Under the pieces are notes generated by a model that worked only from the letters and a program-made list of their open reading frames with translations, searched no databases and was not told the origin of the DNA. From positions 1-64,000 of IMG/VR virus record IMGVR_UViG_3300022821_000013: a DNA stretch of 64,000 nucleotides; one strand, written 5' to 3'. The position numbers and the translations under genes are program-made. The stretch is from a virus. Positions 25,170 to 34,820 of the stretch are shown here, one piece after another; position 1 is the first letter of the stretch, and each line of letters starts with the position of its first letter.

Positions 25170-25914
25170 TTGGTGAATAAGGATTCATATGACGATAATT
25201 TTGTTCACTCATAGAACCGACATTAGTTTCATCCCAATTTACAAAATCATTACTAATATAAAATTTTTCGTCATAAATGTTATATTCATTCTCTTGTAGT
25301 AAAGTTTGGATTATATCTCTACGTTGACGATTATAATATCTTAAAAATGGAAATCCATTTTCATCATAATTCATATAACCACCTGTAGGTATAGTTATTA
25401 TAACTCTAGATGCGTCATCATTTAATAAAGAAGACATTTTAAGTATCCCACGCAAATCATGGTTCCATCTTATAAAATCATCATTCATAATTTCAAATGT
25501 ATCATCAGCACCAAACATATTATGATTGCCATATTTCATACCAAAGTGCTCTAATACTGATATGCAAATTACATAATCATAATTATTATCTGGTTCGTAT
25601 GCTACCAAGTCACCATTAATGAAATTGACATTGAGTTTACTATCAACTAAATCTGATAGATAACTATTGGGTTCCAAATCACTTATATCAATACAATCTA
25701 AATTATCAACATTCAAATCTAATGTTTCTGATGTGTATAATGTTACACCTTCTCTACCCTCTCGCTCACCAACTACCAGTACATTTTTATTACTCTTTCT
25801 ATTATCAGAAGCTAATATATTGTACATATAAGATAATTCAGCTATTTTAGATCCCTTAACTACCATTTTATCTGAATAGTCTTTGTTTAAATGCTTACAG
25901 TATAAACCACTCAT
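25138..25914 (-). CDS. methyltransferase-like protein
   Basis: VLVVG, YDYVICISVLEHFG, Rossmann-like pattern. Confidence 0.6.
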   Translation of the reverse strand: MSGLYCKHLNKDYSDKMVVKGSKIAELSYMYNILASDNRKSNKNVLVVGEREGREGVTLYTSETLDLNVDNLDCIDISDLEPNSYLSDLVDSKLNVNFINGDLVAYEPDNNYDYVICISVLEHFGMKYGNHNMFGADDTFEIMNDDFIRWNHDLRGILKMSSLLNDDASRVIITIPTGGYMNYDENGFPFLRYYNRQRRDIIQTLLQENEYNIYDEKFYISNDFVNWDETNVGSMSEQNYRHMNPYSPNGLWCFCVGK

Positions 25915-25917
25915 AGA

Positions 25918-26271
25918 TCAAACTCCATTATAAAAATAATATTGAATGTCCTTTCCTAATTTACCAGCCGCATTATATTCTGCTTGAACACCTATACTAT
26001 TCTGTATTAAACGTGTTCCATCATATTCAGTCATATCAACAACTACTAACTCATCACAATGCTCAATCCAATATAGATCTTGTTCTAACCACCAATTACT
26101 ATCAGTCTGTAGTTTAGGATCTAAATATTCAGCTATAGGGTGTGAGTGTGATATAGGAGAAAATACTATATATCCTCTCTTCATAAAGTCAGCAGCTACT
26201 TCATTAGCAATTCTAAATGATACTTCTGGATTCCAAGAATATGGAATTGATAAATATATTATTTTTTTCAT
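25918..26271 (-). CDS. DUF1937 / nucleoside 2-deoxyribosyltransferase-like protein
   Basis: IYLSIPYS, VFSPISHSH, CDELVV, SIGVQAE. Confidence 0.78.
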   Translation of the reverse strand: MKKIIYLSIPYSWNPEVSFRIANEVAADFMKRGYIVFSPISHSHPIAEYLDPKLQTDSNWWLEQDLYWIEHCDELVVVDMTEYDGTRLIQNSIGVQAEYNAAGKLGKDIQYYFYNGV

Positions 26272-26273
26272 TC

Positions 26274-26663
26274 TTATTCCTTCTCTTTGATTATTTTTAC
26301 ATTATATTCAATTAATTCACATATTTCTTTATGAGTTAATCTTTTAACTTCTTTAGGTCTTTTATCTAGTATAGTTCCATCACTATCTTCATAATAAATT
26401 CTATTGTTATTAGAATCAAATTCGTTTTTTACCCAAAATCCATTACTATCTTCACAATAAATTAGATTGTTATTAGAATCATATTCGATTTTTACCCAAA
26501 ATCCATTACTATCTTCACAATAAATTAGATTGTTATTAGAATCAAATTCGCTTTTTGACCAATCTCCATTACTATATTCACAATAAATTTCATTTCTGTT
26601 TTTATCAAATAATTGTTTTGGAAATTCTTGATTTTTAAGTAATTTTTTTAAAGTCATCTTCAT
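26274..26663 (-). CDS. 23-aa tandem repeat protein (MKMTLKK type, RLTHKE tail)
   Basis: Repeat and shared terminal modules. Confidence 0.9.
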   Translation of the reverse strand: MKMTLKKLLKNQEFPKQLFDKNRNEIYCEYSNGDWSKSEFDSNNNLIYCEDSNGFWVKIEYDSNNNLIYCEDSNGFWVKNEFDSNNNRIYYEDSDGTILDKRPKEVKRLTHKEICELIEYNVKIIKEKE

Positions 26664-26667
26664 TTTA

Positions 26668-27186
26668 TTATTCCTCGTCTTTGATTATTTCTACATCATA
26701 TCCAATTAATTCACATATTTCTTTATGAGTTAATCTTTTAACTTCTTTAGGTCTGTTATCTATTATAATTCCATCACTATCTTCACAATAAATTCTATTA
26801 TTATTAGAATCATATTCCTTTTTTACCCAAAATCCATCACTATTTTCCCAATAAATTCTATTATTATTAGAATCATATTCGCTTTTTACCAAATCTCCAT
26901 TACTATTTTCCCAATAAATTTTATTATTATTAGAATCAAATTCGCTTTTTACCCAAAATCCATTACTATTTTCATAATAAATTTCATTATTATTAGAATC
27001 ATATTCTTTTTTTACCCAAAATCCATCACTATTTTCCCAATAAATTTCATTATTATTAGAATCAAATTCGCTTTTTACCCAACAATCTCCATTACTACTT
27101 TCCCAATAAATTTCATTTCCGTTTTTATCAAATAGTTCCTTCGGAAATTCTTGATTTTTAAGTAATTTTTTTAAAGTCATCTTCAT
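26668..27186 (-). CDS. 23-aa tandem repeat protein
   Basis: Repeat and shared terminal modules. Confidence 0.9.
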   Translation of the reverse strand: MKMTLKKLLKNQEFPKELFDKNGNEIYWESSNGDCWVKSEFDSNNNEIYWENSDGFWVKKEYDSNNNEIYYENSNGFWVKSEFDSNNNKIYWENSNGDLVKSEYDSNNNRIYWENSDGFWVKKEYDSNNNRIYCEDSDGIIIDNRPKEVKRLTHKEICELIGYDVEIIKDEE

Positions 27187-27191
27187 TTTAT

Positions 27192-27455
27192 TTATTCTTT
27201 TTCTTTGATTATTTCTACATTATATCCAATTAATTCACATATTTCTTTATGAGTTAATCTTTTTGTTTCTTTAGGTATGTTATCATATATAGTACCATTA
27301 CTATTTTCACAATAAATTTCATTATTATTAGAATCAAATTCTTTTATATAAAAGAATCCATTACTATTTTCATAATAAATTCTATTGTTATTAGAATCAT
27401 ATAGCACTATAGGATTATGAATTACAGTATCAATATGTAATTTTTTAAGTATCAT
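27192..27455 (-). CDS. 23-aa tandem repeat protein (MILKK type, short)
   Basis: About 2 repeats plus RLTHKE tail. Confidence 0.88.
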   Translation of the reverse strand: MILKKLHIDTVIHNPIVLYDSNNNRIYYENSNGFFYIKEFDSNNNEIYCENSNGTIYDNIPKETKRLTHKEICELIGYNVEIIKEKE

Positions 27456-27964
27456 TTTTTAGGTCTTTTACCTCGTATAATTCCATTACTATCTTCATAA
27501 TAAATTCTATTGTTATTAGAATCAAATTCTCTTTTTACCCAAAATCCATCACTATCTTCACAATAAAGTTCATTGTTATTAGAATCAAACTCTCTTTTTA
27601 TCCAATCTCCATTACTATTTTCAAAATAAATACAATTATCATTAGAATCAAATTCTTTTATATAAAATAATCCATTACTATTTTCCCAATAAATTTCATT
27701 ATTATTAGAATCAAACTCTCTTTTTACCCAACAATCTCCATTACTATCTTCCCAATAAATACAATTATCATTAGAATCAAATTCCTTTTTTACCCAAAAT
27801 CCATCACTATTTTCCCAATAAATTATATTATTATTAGAATCAAATTCTCTTTTTACCCAACAATCTCCATTAATATTTTCCCAATAAATTTGATTTCTGT
27901 TTTTATCAAATAGTTCCTTCGGAAATTCTTGATTTTTAAGTAATTTTTTTAAAGTCATCTTCAT
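27452..27964 (-). CDS. 23-aa tandem repeat protein (no tail)
   Basis: MKMTLKK N-terminus, ends RPKK. Confidence 0.9.
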   Translation of the reverse strand: MKMTLKKLLKNQEFPKELFDKNRNQIYWENINGDCWVKREFDSNNNIIYWENSDGFWVKKEFDSNDNCIYWEDSNGDCWVKREFDSNNNEIYWENSNGLFYIKEFDSNDNCIYFENSNGDWIKREFDSNNNELYCEDSDGFWVKREFDSNNNRIYYEDSNGIIRGKRPKK

Positions 27965-27969
27965 TTTAT

Positions 27970-28374
27970 TTATTCTTTTTCTTTGATTATTTCTACATTA
28001 TATCCAATTAATTCACATATTTCTTTATGAGTTAATCTTTTTGTTTCTTTAGGTCTTTTACCTCGTATAATTCCATCACTATTTTCATAATAAATTTCAA
28101 GACTGTTAGAATCATATTCTCTTTTTGACCAATCTCCATCACTATCTTCATAATAAATTAGATTGTTATTAGAATCATATTCTCTTTTTACCCAAATTCC
28201 ATTACTATTTTCAAAATAAATTTCATCATTATTAGAATCATATTCGCTTTTTACCCAAAATCCATTACTATTTTCCCAATAAATTTGATTTCTGTTTTTA
28301 TCAAATAGTTTCTTCGGAAATTCTTGATTTTTAAGTAATTTTTTTAAAGTCATTTTCATTCTTATCATCTTCAT
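27970..28374 (-). CDS. 23-aa tandem repeat protein
   Basis: Repeat and shared terminal modules; start may be at the internal MKMT. Confidence 0.88.
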   Translation of the reverse strand: MKMIRMKMTLKKLLKNQEFPKKLFDKNRNQIYWENSNGFWVKSEYDSNNDEIYFENSNGIWVKREYDSNNNLIYYEDSDGDWSKREYDSNSLEIYYENSDGIIRGKRPKETKRLTHKEICELIGYNVEIIKEKE

Positions 28375-28376
28375 TC

Positions 28377-28571
28377 TTATTCCTCATTTAAATTTAAACG
28401 TCTCTCAAATTCATCAGTATCAAAAATATTATCCAAATCTATAAAATAGACATACGTTGTATCTTGTCCTTGAATGTATATAATAGGTTCAAGTTGTGAT
28501 TTAACTATATTGATATACTTTGTTCTCGTATACGTATAACCACTAAGCCAACCCATACTATACATGAGCAT
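28377..28571 (-). CDS. hypothetical protein (may start further upstream)
   Basis: Short ORF with hydrophobic N-terminus. Confidence 0.55.
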   Translation of the reverse strand: MLMYSMGWLSGYTYTRTKYINIVKSQLEPIIYIQGQDTTYVYFIDLDNIFDTDEFERRLNLNEE

Positions 28572-28623
28572 ACAAAGTAATATAACTCCAAGTCATGTAC
28601 AGTTAAATTTATTCATTTTTTAT

Positions 28624-28893
28624 TTACTTCTTTAATTTTAAGTATTTTTTATTGTTCTGTGTATTTTTCTTCTGAAACTTAACTTCGTGTTGTTTAGTTG
28701 GTTCATACATAACTTCACTATCATACATACGAGTTACTCTAAAGAAACCATCATCTTTTAAATTAAACTCATCACATACTACTTTAGCACTATCAAAGTT
28801 ATCATCTGTAGCTACACGTCGCCACATAGTAATTGTTCTACCTAATACAAATTTTAAACTTCTTGGGTGTTCTGTTCGTTCAACAAAAAACAT
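28624..28893 (-). CDS. hypothetical protein
   Basis: 89 aa ORF downstream of promoter. Confidence 0.7.
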   Translation of the reverse strand: MFFVERTEHPRSLKFVLGRTITMWRRVATDDNFDSAKVVCDEFNLKDDGFFRVTRMYDSEVMYEPTKQHEVKFQKKNTQNNKKYLKLKK

Positions 28894-28921
28894 ATATTTT
28901 CTATCTCTAATTAATAATATA

Positions 28922-28952
28922 CAAACTTACGAAAAAGAAATTACATTTCCAA
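28922..28952 (-). promoter_or_regulatory. Bacteroidota-type promoter overlapping the 3' end of the upstream CDS
   Basis: TTG-N20-TAAGTTTG; the TTG is the Leu codon of ...NLEM*. Confidence 0.8.
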
Positions 28953-29771
28953 ATTTATTTTTTTGATATTGCAATTCATAATATCAGATTTGACTGGTTG
29001 CCAAAACTCTTCTATACCATCAAATGTATATACGTTATATTGTGAGAATCGTGATGAATCTTTATCTACTAATCTACGTTCTCCGTGATATAGTGATGGT
29101 GACATTATCAATGCTGAAATTCTGTTGGTTTTAAATGGTTTTACCATTAAAGAATTAAATCTACTAATATCCATTATATATTTGTTATATAATCTCATTC
29201 TTTCGATACTATCTTCCATATAAGGAATTGCAAAATCTTCAAATGTATATTTATTCAAAAGATGTGATTTAGGTGAAAACTTAACAGTTCCATTACTTAA
29301 ATCTGTATCTTCTAATGCTATAAATACTTTACATATATGATTTGTTGATGTAGTGTTCAAATGTAATAATTGATTGTGTATCGCTTTAGTTTCACCTAAA
29401 AACGTATTCATAGTATGAAATGGTTTAGGTTTCTTAGCGAATAAATACTCTATTGTATTTAATATAGTTGTATTATACAATAATTCTTCTGATAAAGAAT
29501 TAGTCTTAAAATAATCATAAACTGTATTTTTATAACCATATGAATAATATGGAGATTCTAAGTTTACATCACCAGTTATTATTGACTTTTGTAATTGAGA
29601 TTCAAATTCATCAATGAATAATTGATCTATATCCAAATCAATTTTTAGAAATCCAAATCTATGAAAAAATAATATATCTTTTAAATGGTTCTTATCAAAT
29701 TCATTTCTAATAGGATATAGATACATTGGTAGATTTGGCATTTCCGACATAGGCAATGGGAAATCTATCAT
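28941..29771 (-). CDS. PhyH-like 2OG-Fe(II) oxygenase fold protein, degenerate metal motif
   Basis: FHRFGFLKI, VFIALEDTDLSNGTVKFSPKSH, LYHG...SR; HNQ where HxD is expected. Confidence 0.7.
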   Translation of the reverse strand: MIDFPLPMSEMPNLPMYLYPIRNEFDKNHLKDILFFHRFGFLKIDLDIDQLFIDEFESQLQKSIITGDVNLESPYYSYGYKNTVYDYFKTNSLSEELLYNTTILNTIEYLFAKKPKPFHTMNTFLGETKAIHNQLLHLNTTSTNHICKVFIALEDTDLSNGTVKFSPKSHLLNKYTFEDFAIPYMEDSIERMRLYNKYIMDISRFNSLMVKPFKTNRISALIMSPSLYHGERRLVDKDSSRFSQYNVYTFDGIEEFWQPVKSDIMNCNIKKINLEM

Positions 29772-30394
29772 ATAGAGTTATAAAGGTTATTCTGTTTAAC
29801 TTGTTTATCTAAATCTTTAATATGTATAAGTTCATAACCAGAATCGCTTGGTAATTTTGAATATTTATCAAATCCAACTATAGTTTCGTGAACTGCACCT
29901 TGCCATTTAATTTTATCTGTATTCTTATATAATCTAGCTTGGTAATCTGGATAATTTATATATCCATTCAAATCTATCTGCCATCTCATTTTTTTAATAT
30001 AATCTTCTGTTATACCATTAACTATATTAATTCTTGGTAAATAGAATAAATCTATATCTGAGTATTGAGTTAAAAAATCCTTTATAATATCAGGAAAATA
30101 CTCATTTATATATTCATCTGAATCTATATTAAATATATAATCACCAGAACATTTAGAATTTAAAAAATTCTTTTGGTGTGCAAAATCTCTATTTAAAGGA
30201 TTTTCATATACTTTGATTTGATCTGATGTTGATGTATATTCAAAACATAAATCTATAATATCACGTGTAGTATTACCTTGATCTTGTACTATGACTATTT
30301 CATCATTAGATTGTATAGATTTTAATAATAAATCAACTAAAAACTTAAATTCTTTATATTCATTACATACTAAAATTGCGTATGATATTTTCAT
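29768..30394 (-). CDS. GT2 family glycosyltransferase
   Basis: MKISYAI, DFAHQKN, IFNIDSDE, PDYQARLY, VHE. Confidence 0.88.
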   Translation of the reverse strand: MKISYAILVCNEYKEFKFLVDLLLKSIQSNDEIVIVQDQGNTTRDIIDLCFEYTSTSDQIKVYENPLNRDFAHQKNFLNSKCSGDYIFNIDSDEYINEYFPDIIKDFLTQYSDIDLFYLPRINIVNGITEDYIKKMRWQIDLNGYINYPDYQARLYKNTDKIKWQGAVHETIVGFDKYSKLPSDSGYELIHIKDLDKQVKQNNLYNSI

Positions 30395-30395
30395 A

Positions 30396-31235
30396 TTATT
30401 TCTTTTTCTTTATATTTTTCATTTTATCAGAATATAGGAAATCTGACTGTTTCTTTATATAATCTCTATCATCTTGGTATTGTTCCATCATACTATTAAT
30501 TGTATCATCATCCGTTCTACCAGAACGCATAGAGTTTATTATTTCGTCCTTTAATTCCATAGAAGTCTTCATTCTATGTGTTATATCGGCTTTAACATAT
30601 TCTTCTTTTGTTTCTGGAATACCATTATAATCAATACCTTTAAATTTATGAGCTTGTAAATAATCTCTCTGTGCTTGGCTCATCTCTACATATTGATCTA
30701 TAGTTATAGTATTTGGATTACCTGGATCAACACCCAATCCATATAAAAATCTATATTGTATTTCTTCTGGAAAATTATAATCTATCAATTGATAATAATT
30801 AAAATTCTTTATTATCATCCGTCTATATGCTTTAGGCTTCTTATCAGTAACATATTCACGTATAACACCATCATAATAACGTCTAGATGATAAATCCATT
30901 TTTAATTTTGGTATATCAAGTATAGTGTGCTTCTGCTCATAATATATATATTTCAATCCATATTTGTCTGCTATATCATCAAATGAACTTACATCAAATG
31001 CGTCTAAATTTAATGCATGGACATAACCATCATAATTCTTATTAAGAACTAATAATAAATATTCATGTGGTTGATCTAAACCCTTACGTTGATATTCTTT
31101 GCTTGATGGGGTATAGTTACCAATGATAACCATACCTTTTTCAAGTCTATTATGAACTATAGGAGTTTTACGTAAAATCCTATCACGATGTTGTAAGTTT
31201 TTAAAATGTCGTATATCTTTATATGACTTAGCCAT
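30396..31235 (-). CDS. hypothetical phage protein
   Basis: 279 aa ORF. Confidence 0.8.
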   Translation of the reverse strand: MAKSYKDIRHFKNLQHRDRILRKTPIVHNRLEKGMVIIGNYTPSSKEYQRKGLDQPHEYLLLVLNKNYDGYVHALNLDAFDVSSFDDIADKYGLKYIYYEQKHTILDIPKLKMDLSSRRYYDGVIREYVTDKKPKAYRRMIIKNFNYYQLIDYNFPEEIQYRFLYGLGVDPGNPNTITIDQYVEMSQAQRDYLQAHKFKGIDYNGIPETKEEYVKADITHRMKTSMELKDEIINSMRSGRTDDDTINSMMEQYQDDRDYIKKQSDFLYSDKMKNIKKKK

Positions 31236-32550
31236 TAGACTTTACTTTATTTAATTTAGGTAATTCTATCTTTTTCAATTTAGGTAATTCCATCTTAACT
31301 TCAGTTGGTATATCAGGAATATATCTATCTAATATCTGCTCAAACTTCACTTGCATTTTATCCAATGAGAAGTTATTTCTAATTGCATTCATACCAGATT
31401 TGGCGTTTTTAGATAATTTAAGTTCATTAGTATGTTTATAATGCAAAAACATAACTTGCTTAAAATGTTCATAATCAGGTTCAAACCAATGTGATTCTGG
31501 TATTAATACATCTTCCCAAACAGCAGATTGGTGTATTTTCTCTAATTTACCAGGTAACATATGATGGTCTTTTTTATTTAGAAAATCTAAATGTCCAGAC
31601 CAACCACTTGCAATTACAGGTTTACCTATAGATGCAAATTCCAACATAGGTCTACCATAACCCTCACCCCTAGTTAGATTTACCATTGCTGATACTTTCT
31701 TGTGATTATACAATGAAACCATTTCTTTTTTGCTTAATTCACCATGTAATAAGTAAATATTTGGAATTTTACTTTTATCGGTAAATATAGATTGAATCTT
31801 GTTGATTTTTTCAACTACCATATCTCTATCTGTTATAGATAATGTTCCAACTGATGTTTTCAATATTAATGCTGGTTTAGCTCCTTCAGTATTATAGAAT
31901 GTTTCTATAAATGATTTTACTAACATACCAGTATTCTTGCGATCTTGACCTAAATCACCATTTAACCAATGACCAACATATAAATATGCAAACTCTTCAT
32001 CTATATTGTCTAATATATTAGCTATACTTGGTTCTACAGGAGTCTTCTTATTAATTAATTTAGTATCAACACCCTCAAATAAAACCTCACATGGTCTCAT
32101 AAGTTCAAGTTGACCAGTTCGATTACCATTATTATCTTTAATTTCATATTTAGAAACTTCAAATACATCTTTGCTATGTTTAGATGGAACTATAACTAAA
32201 TCCATTTGATTACAACCCTCAATCCACTTAGCAGATGATAGGTTTGTTTCTATTCCAGCTGTAATACCAATATTGTATTTTCCTAACCTTTTAAATAATG
32301 ATGGAACTGTAACCTGCATAAATATATCAGGTGCTTCAGTAACTTTAACTGCTATTCTATCAATAATACTTATATCATCAGGATCATTAGTATCTAATGC
32401 ACCCATAGGAGTTGAACCCCAACGTGTAGGTAATATTGTAATATCATATTTGTCCATATTAATCAATGATACTGCTAAATCACGTGCGTGATGTCCGTAT
32501 CCTGATAGGGTATCGACTGGCCCTTCAAAATATAATTTTAATTTTGACAT
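31228..32550 (-). CDS. GT4-like glycosyltransferase
   Basis: TLSGYG, DRKN, RGEGYGRPMLEFASIGKPVIASGWSGHLDF. Confidence 0.88.
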   Translation of the reverse strand: MSKLKLYFEGPVDTLSGYGHHARDLAVSLINMDKYDITILPTRWGSTPMGALDTNDPDDISIIDRIAVKVTEAPDIFMQVTVPSLFKRLGKYNIGITAGIETNLSSAKWIEGCNQMDLVIVPSKHSKDVFEVSKYEIKDNNGNRTGQLELMRPCEVLFEGVDTKLINKKTPVEPSIANILDNIDEEFAYLYVGHWLNGDLGQDRKNTGMLVKSFIETFYNTEGAKPALILKTSVGTLSITDRDMVVEKINKIQSIFTDKSKIPNIYLLHGELSKKEMVSLYNHKKVSAMVNLTRGEGYGRPMLEFASIGKPVIASGWSGHLDFLNKKDHHMLPGKLEKIHQSAVWEDVLIPESHWFEPDYEHFKQVMFLHYKHTNELKLSKNAKSGMNAIRNNFSLDKMQVKFEQILDRYIPDIPTEVKMELPKLKKIELPKLNKVKSNG

Positions 32551-32934
32551 TTATAATTCCTTTAAGAAGTTTTCTGGTATTTCTTTTTTATCACTAAATT
32601 TTCTAACTTTATCTATTTCGGCAACTACATTATCATCCGAATCTGTTATAATCCACATAATAGTATTTTTTCCAAACTCTAACTCATATTGTAAATCAAC
32701 TATTTCAAACTCGTAACGTATAGTTCCGTATGTAGTTGGGATTATATTATGAACTGATATATTATTATATACTTCTTCTGGAAATAACTCTATAAAATTA
32801 ACTAAACAATTTATAGATTCTATACATGGTGCAGGAGAACCCATACAATCAAAGTTATAATGTAATTCTTTAATTCTATAAACCTTCTTAATAAGTTTAT
32901 TCTTCTCTATCTTATTTTGATTGATCATATACAA
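32551..32934 (-). CDS. hypothetical protein
   Basis: 127 aa ORF. Confidence 0.7.
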   Translation of the reverse strand: MYMINQNKIEKNKLIKKVYRIKELHYNFDCMGSPAPCIESINCLVNFIELFPEEVYNNISVHNIIPTTYGTIRYEFEIVDLQYELEFGKNTIMWIITDSDDNVVAEIDKVRKFSDKKEIPENFLKEL

Positions 32935-33862
32935 TTTTAGATGATTTGTTTTTAAATTGATCTATTTTAACATTCTCAAATGAAAACGTATCTACATCAG
33001 CCATATAGCCAACGAAGTCAGAATGTAATGTATCTATACATTTAATCATTCTGTTACACATATTCTTAGAAGTCATACCAGTTCTAACATCTAAACAATA
33101 TTCTCTGGCTAATCGACCACGTCTATCACGTTCTTCTTTACCCATATCATATACTTTCTTTAGTGCATCAGCTACATCATTAGTAGAACAATAATCTTCG
33201 TATATATATGGTGTTGGTGGTGATCCAACCATAGTTCTTATTTTTGGATATACTGGTAATACCCACTCACCATGTGTAGTATATTTACCATCAGCATTAG
33301 TCATCCAATCAGAGTTATAGTAACTTTCGTCAATTAACACGTCGTTTTCATCTCTAAAGCCCATTTGATCTTGTAGCCCACCAGTAACATTTCCAATTAT
33401 CATAGTACCAGCCATCATAGACTCGTGACTACTCAAACCCCAACCCTCAGCAAATGATATATTTAATGTTACATCTGATATATTATATAATCGGTTCATA
33501 GTTTTAGTATCTACTTTCTTAGGTGAAAATGCAACTTTATAATCAGGACATAATGCCTCAATTACAGCTGGTAGATCAGTACCATTATTATCAATTGGAT
33601 CTGTATGTAATATCAATACACATTTATCAGCTTTATCTTTTGGTAACATATCACAGAACATCTTATAAGCTAATATAACATCGGATGGTCTTTTTCTTCT
33701 TATATTTCTATTAGACCAAAACACAGTAAATTCAGCATTTGTTCGTTGTATATGGTCATTCTTAAACTTTAAAAATTCTTCATCATCTTCCTCAATAGGA
33801 AAATAATAATCTTCATTTATACCATGTGGTATATAGGATAAATACCTATTATAATCTATCAT
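32912..33862 (-). CDS. GT4-like glycosyltransferase, C-terminal half
   Basis: YIPHGIN, NRNIRRK, AEGWGLSSHESMMAG, TGGLQDQ. Confidence 0.85.
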   Translation of the reverse strand: MIDYNRYLSYIPHGINEDYYFPIEEDDEEFLKFKNDHIQRTNAEFTVFWSNRNIRRKRPSDVILAYKMFCDMLPKDKADKCVLILHTDPIDNNGTDLPAVIEALCPDYKVAFSPKKVDTKTMNRLYNISDVTLNISFAEGWGLSSHESMMAGTMIIGNVTGGLQDQMGFRDENDVLIDESYYNSDWMTNADGKYTTHGEWVLPVYPKIRTMVGSPPTPYIYEDYCSTNDVADALKKVYDMGKEERDRRGRLAREYCLDVRTGMTSKNMCNRMIKCIDTLHSDFVGYMADVDTFSFENVKIDQFKNKSSKIVYDQSK

Positions 33863-33873
33863 CGTTAACCTTA

Positions 33874-34494
33874 TTATTTATGATCTATTGTTCTAAATTG
33901 CTCATCTCTAAGTACATCTTGATTTAAGGCATATGTTTGTTTTGATATACCAATTAATAAATCACATGACTTATACGCACTTTTATTCCACATTGGAGAT
34001 GGTGAATCATCCCAAATATTATAATATATTAATGGGATACCTTTTGATCTTATCTCATGTTCCATCATATATAACCAACCCCATTGTCTAGGATCCGTAA
34101 AGTGAAATATCATATCTGGTTTCTCATATGTCATAACTTCTAATAGAATATCTCTATTGCCATATCCATTATTACAATATATATTAAAATATGAATCTTC
34201 AACTCCTGTTTCCTTTTCAATAGAATCACTAAGTAATATTTTTTTACCTTTCTCTGGGTGATTTAACCCAGCTCCAATCTGTGACCAATTATAACGATGA
34301 ATAGTTCCTAAAACTATCTCTTTACTTTGAGTTGCAACACCACTAAAATACCTAACATCATCAGATAATAATAATATCTTCTTACGCTTATCAGGTGCTA
34401 ATACTTCGGTTCCATTTCTATCATCACCAACTTTAAATCTTATATGATCCTTGTTGGTTGGTTGTATAGGCTTTAACTTTGGTAATTCTACCAT
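33874..34494 (-). CDS. GT4-like glycosyltransferase, N-terminal half
   Basis: KILLLSDD...SGVA, EKPD...FTDPR, YYNIWDD, CDLLIGISKQT. Confidence 0.82.
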   Translation of the reverse strand: MVELPKLKPIQPTNKDHIRFKVGDDRNGTEVLAPDKRKKILLLSDDVRYFSGVATQSKEIVLGTIHRYNWSQIGAGLNHPEKGKKILLSDSIEKETGVEDSYFNIYCNNGYGNRDILLEVMTYEKPDMIFHFTDPRQWGWLYMMEHEIRSKGIPLIYYNIWDDSPSPMWNKSAYKSCDLLIGISKQTYALNQDVLRDEQFRTIDHK

Positions 34495-34760
34495 TAGTTA
34501 CCTCTTGATTTTCTTGTAGTTGTTTTAGAAGTCTTTTTAGATTCAGATTTGATAGTTTCTTCGGTTTTCAAATCTAATTCATCTTGAATACCTTGTTCGA
34601 TTTCTTCTTCTAATTCAGCTTGGATGTATTCTTCCAATGAATCAGTTGTAATAGTAGCTTCCTCTTGAATAGGAGTTTCAACTTTAACTTCTTCTACTAT
34701 CTCTATCGTTTCTGGTTCAACTCTTACTGGTGGAGTTGATTTTATAGCTCTATGTGCCAT
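34494..34760 (-). CDS. acidic low-complexity hypothetical protein
   Basis: 88 aa, Glu-rich with basic tail. Confidence 0.7.
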   Translation of the reverse strand: MAHRAIKSTPPVRVEPETIEIVEEVKVETPIQEEATITTDSLEEYIQAELEEEIEQGIQDELDLKTEETIKSESKKTSKTTTRKSRGN

Positions 34761-34820
34761 GCTCAGTTTCCTGTTTAAATTAAAAAATTCAAAGATAAAT
34801 ATAAACTAATTTTACAAGAA

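Noticed and set aside
1-28374. Diversity-generating retroelement behind the repeat-protein variation
   Set aside because: No reverse transcriptase or non-coding template repeat in the window, and the variable codons (TGG/TAT/TGT/TTT/CAT/CGT) are not adenine-restricted.
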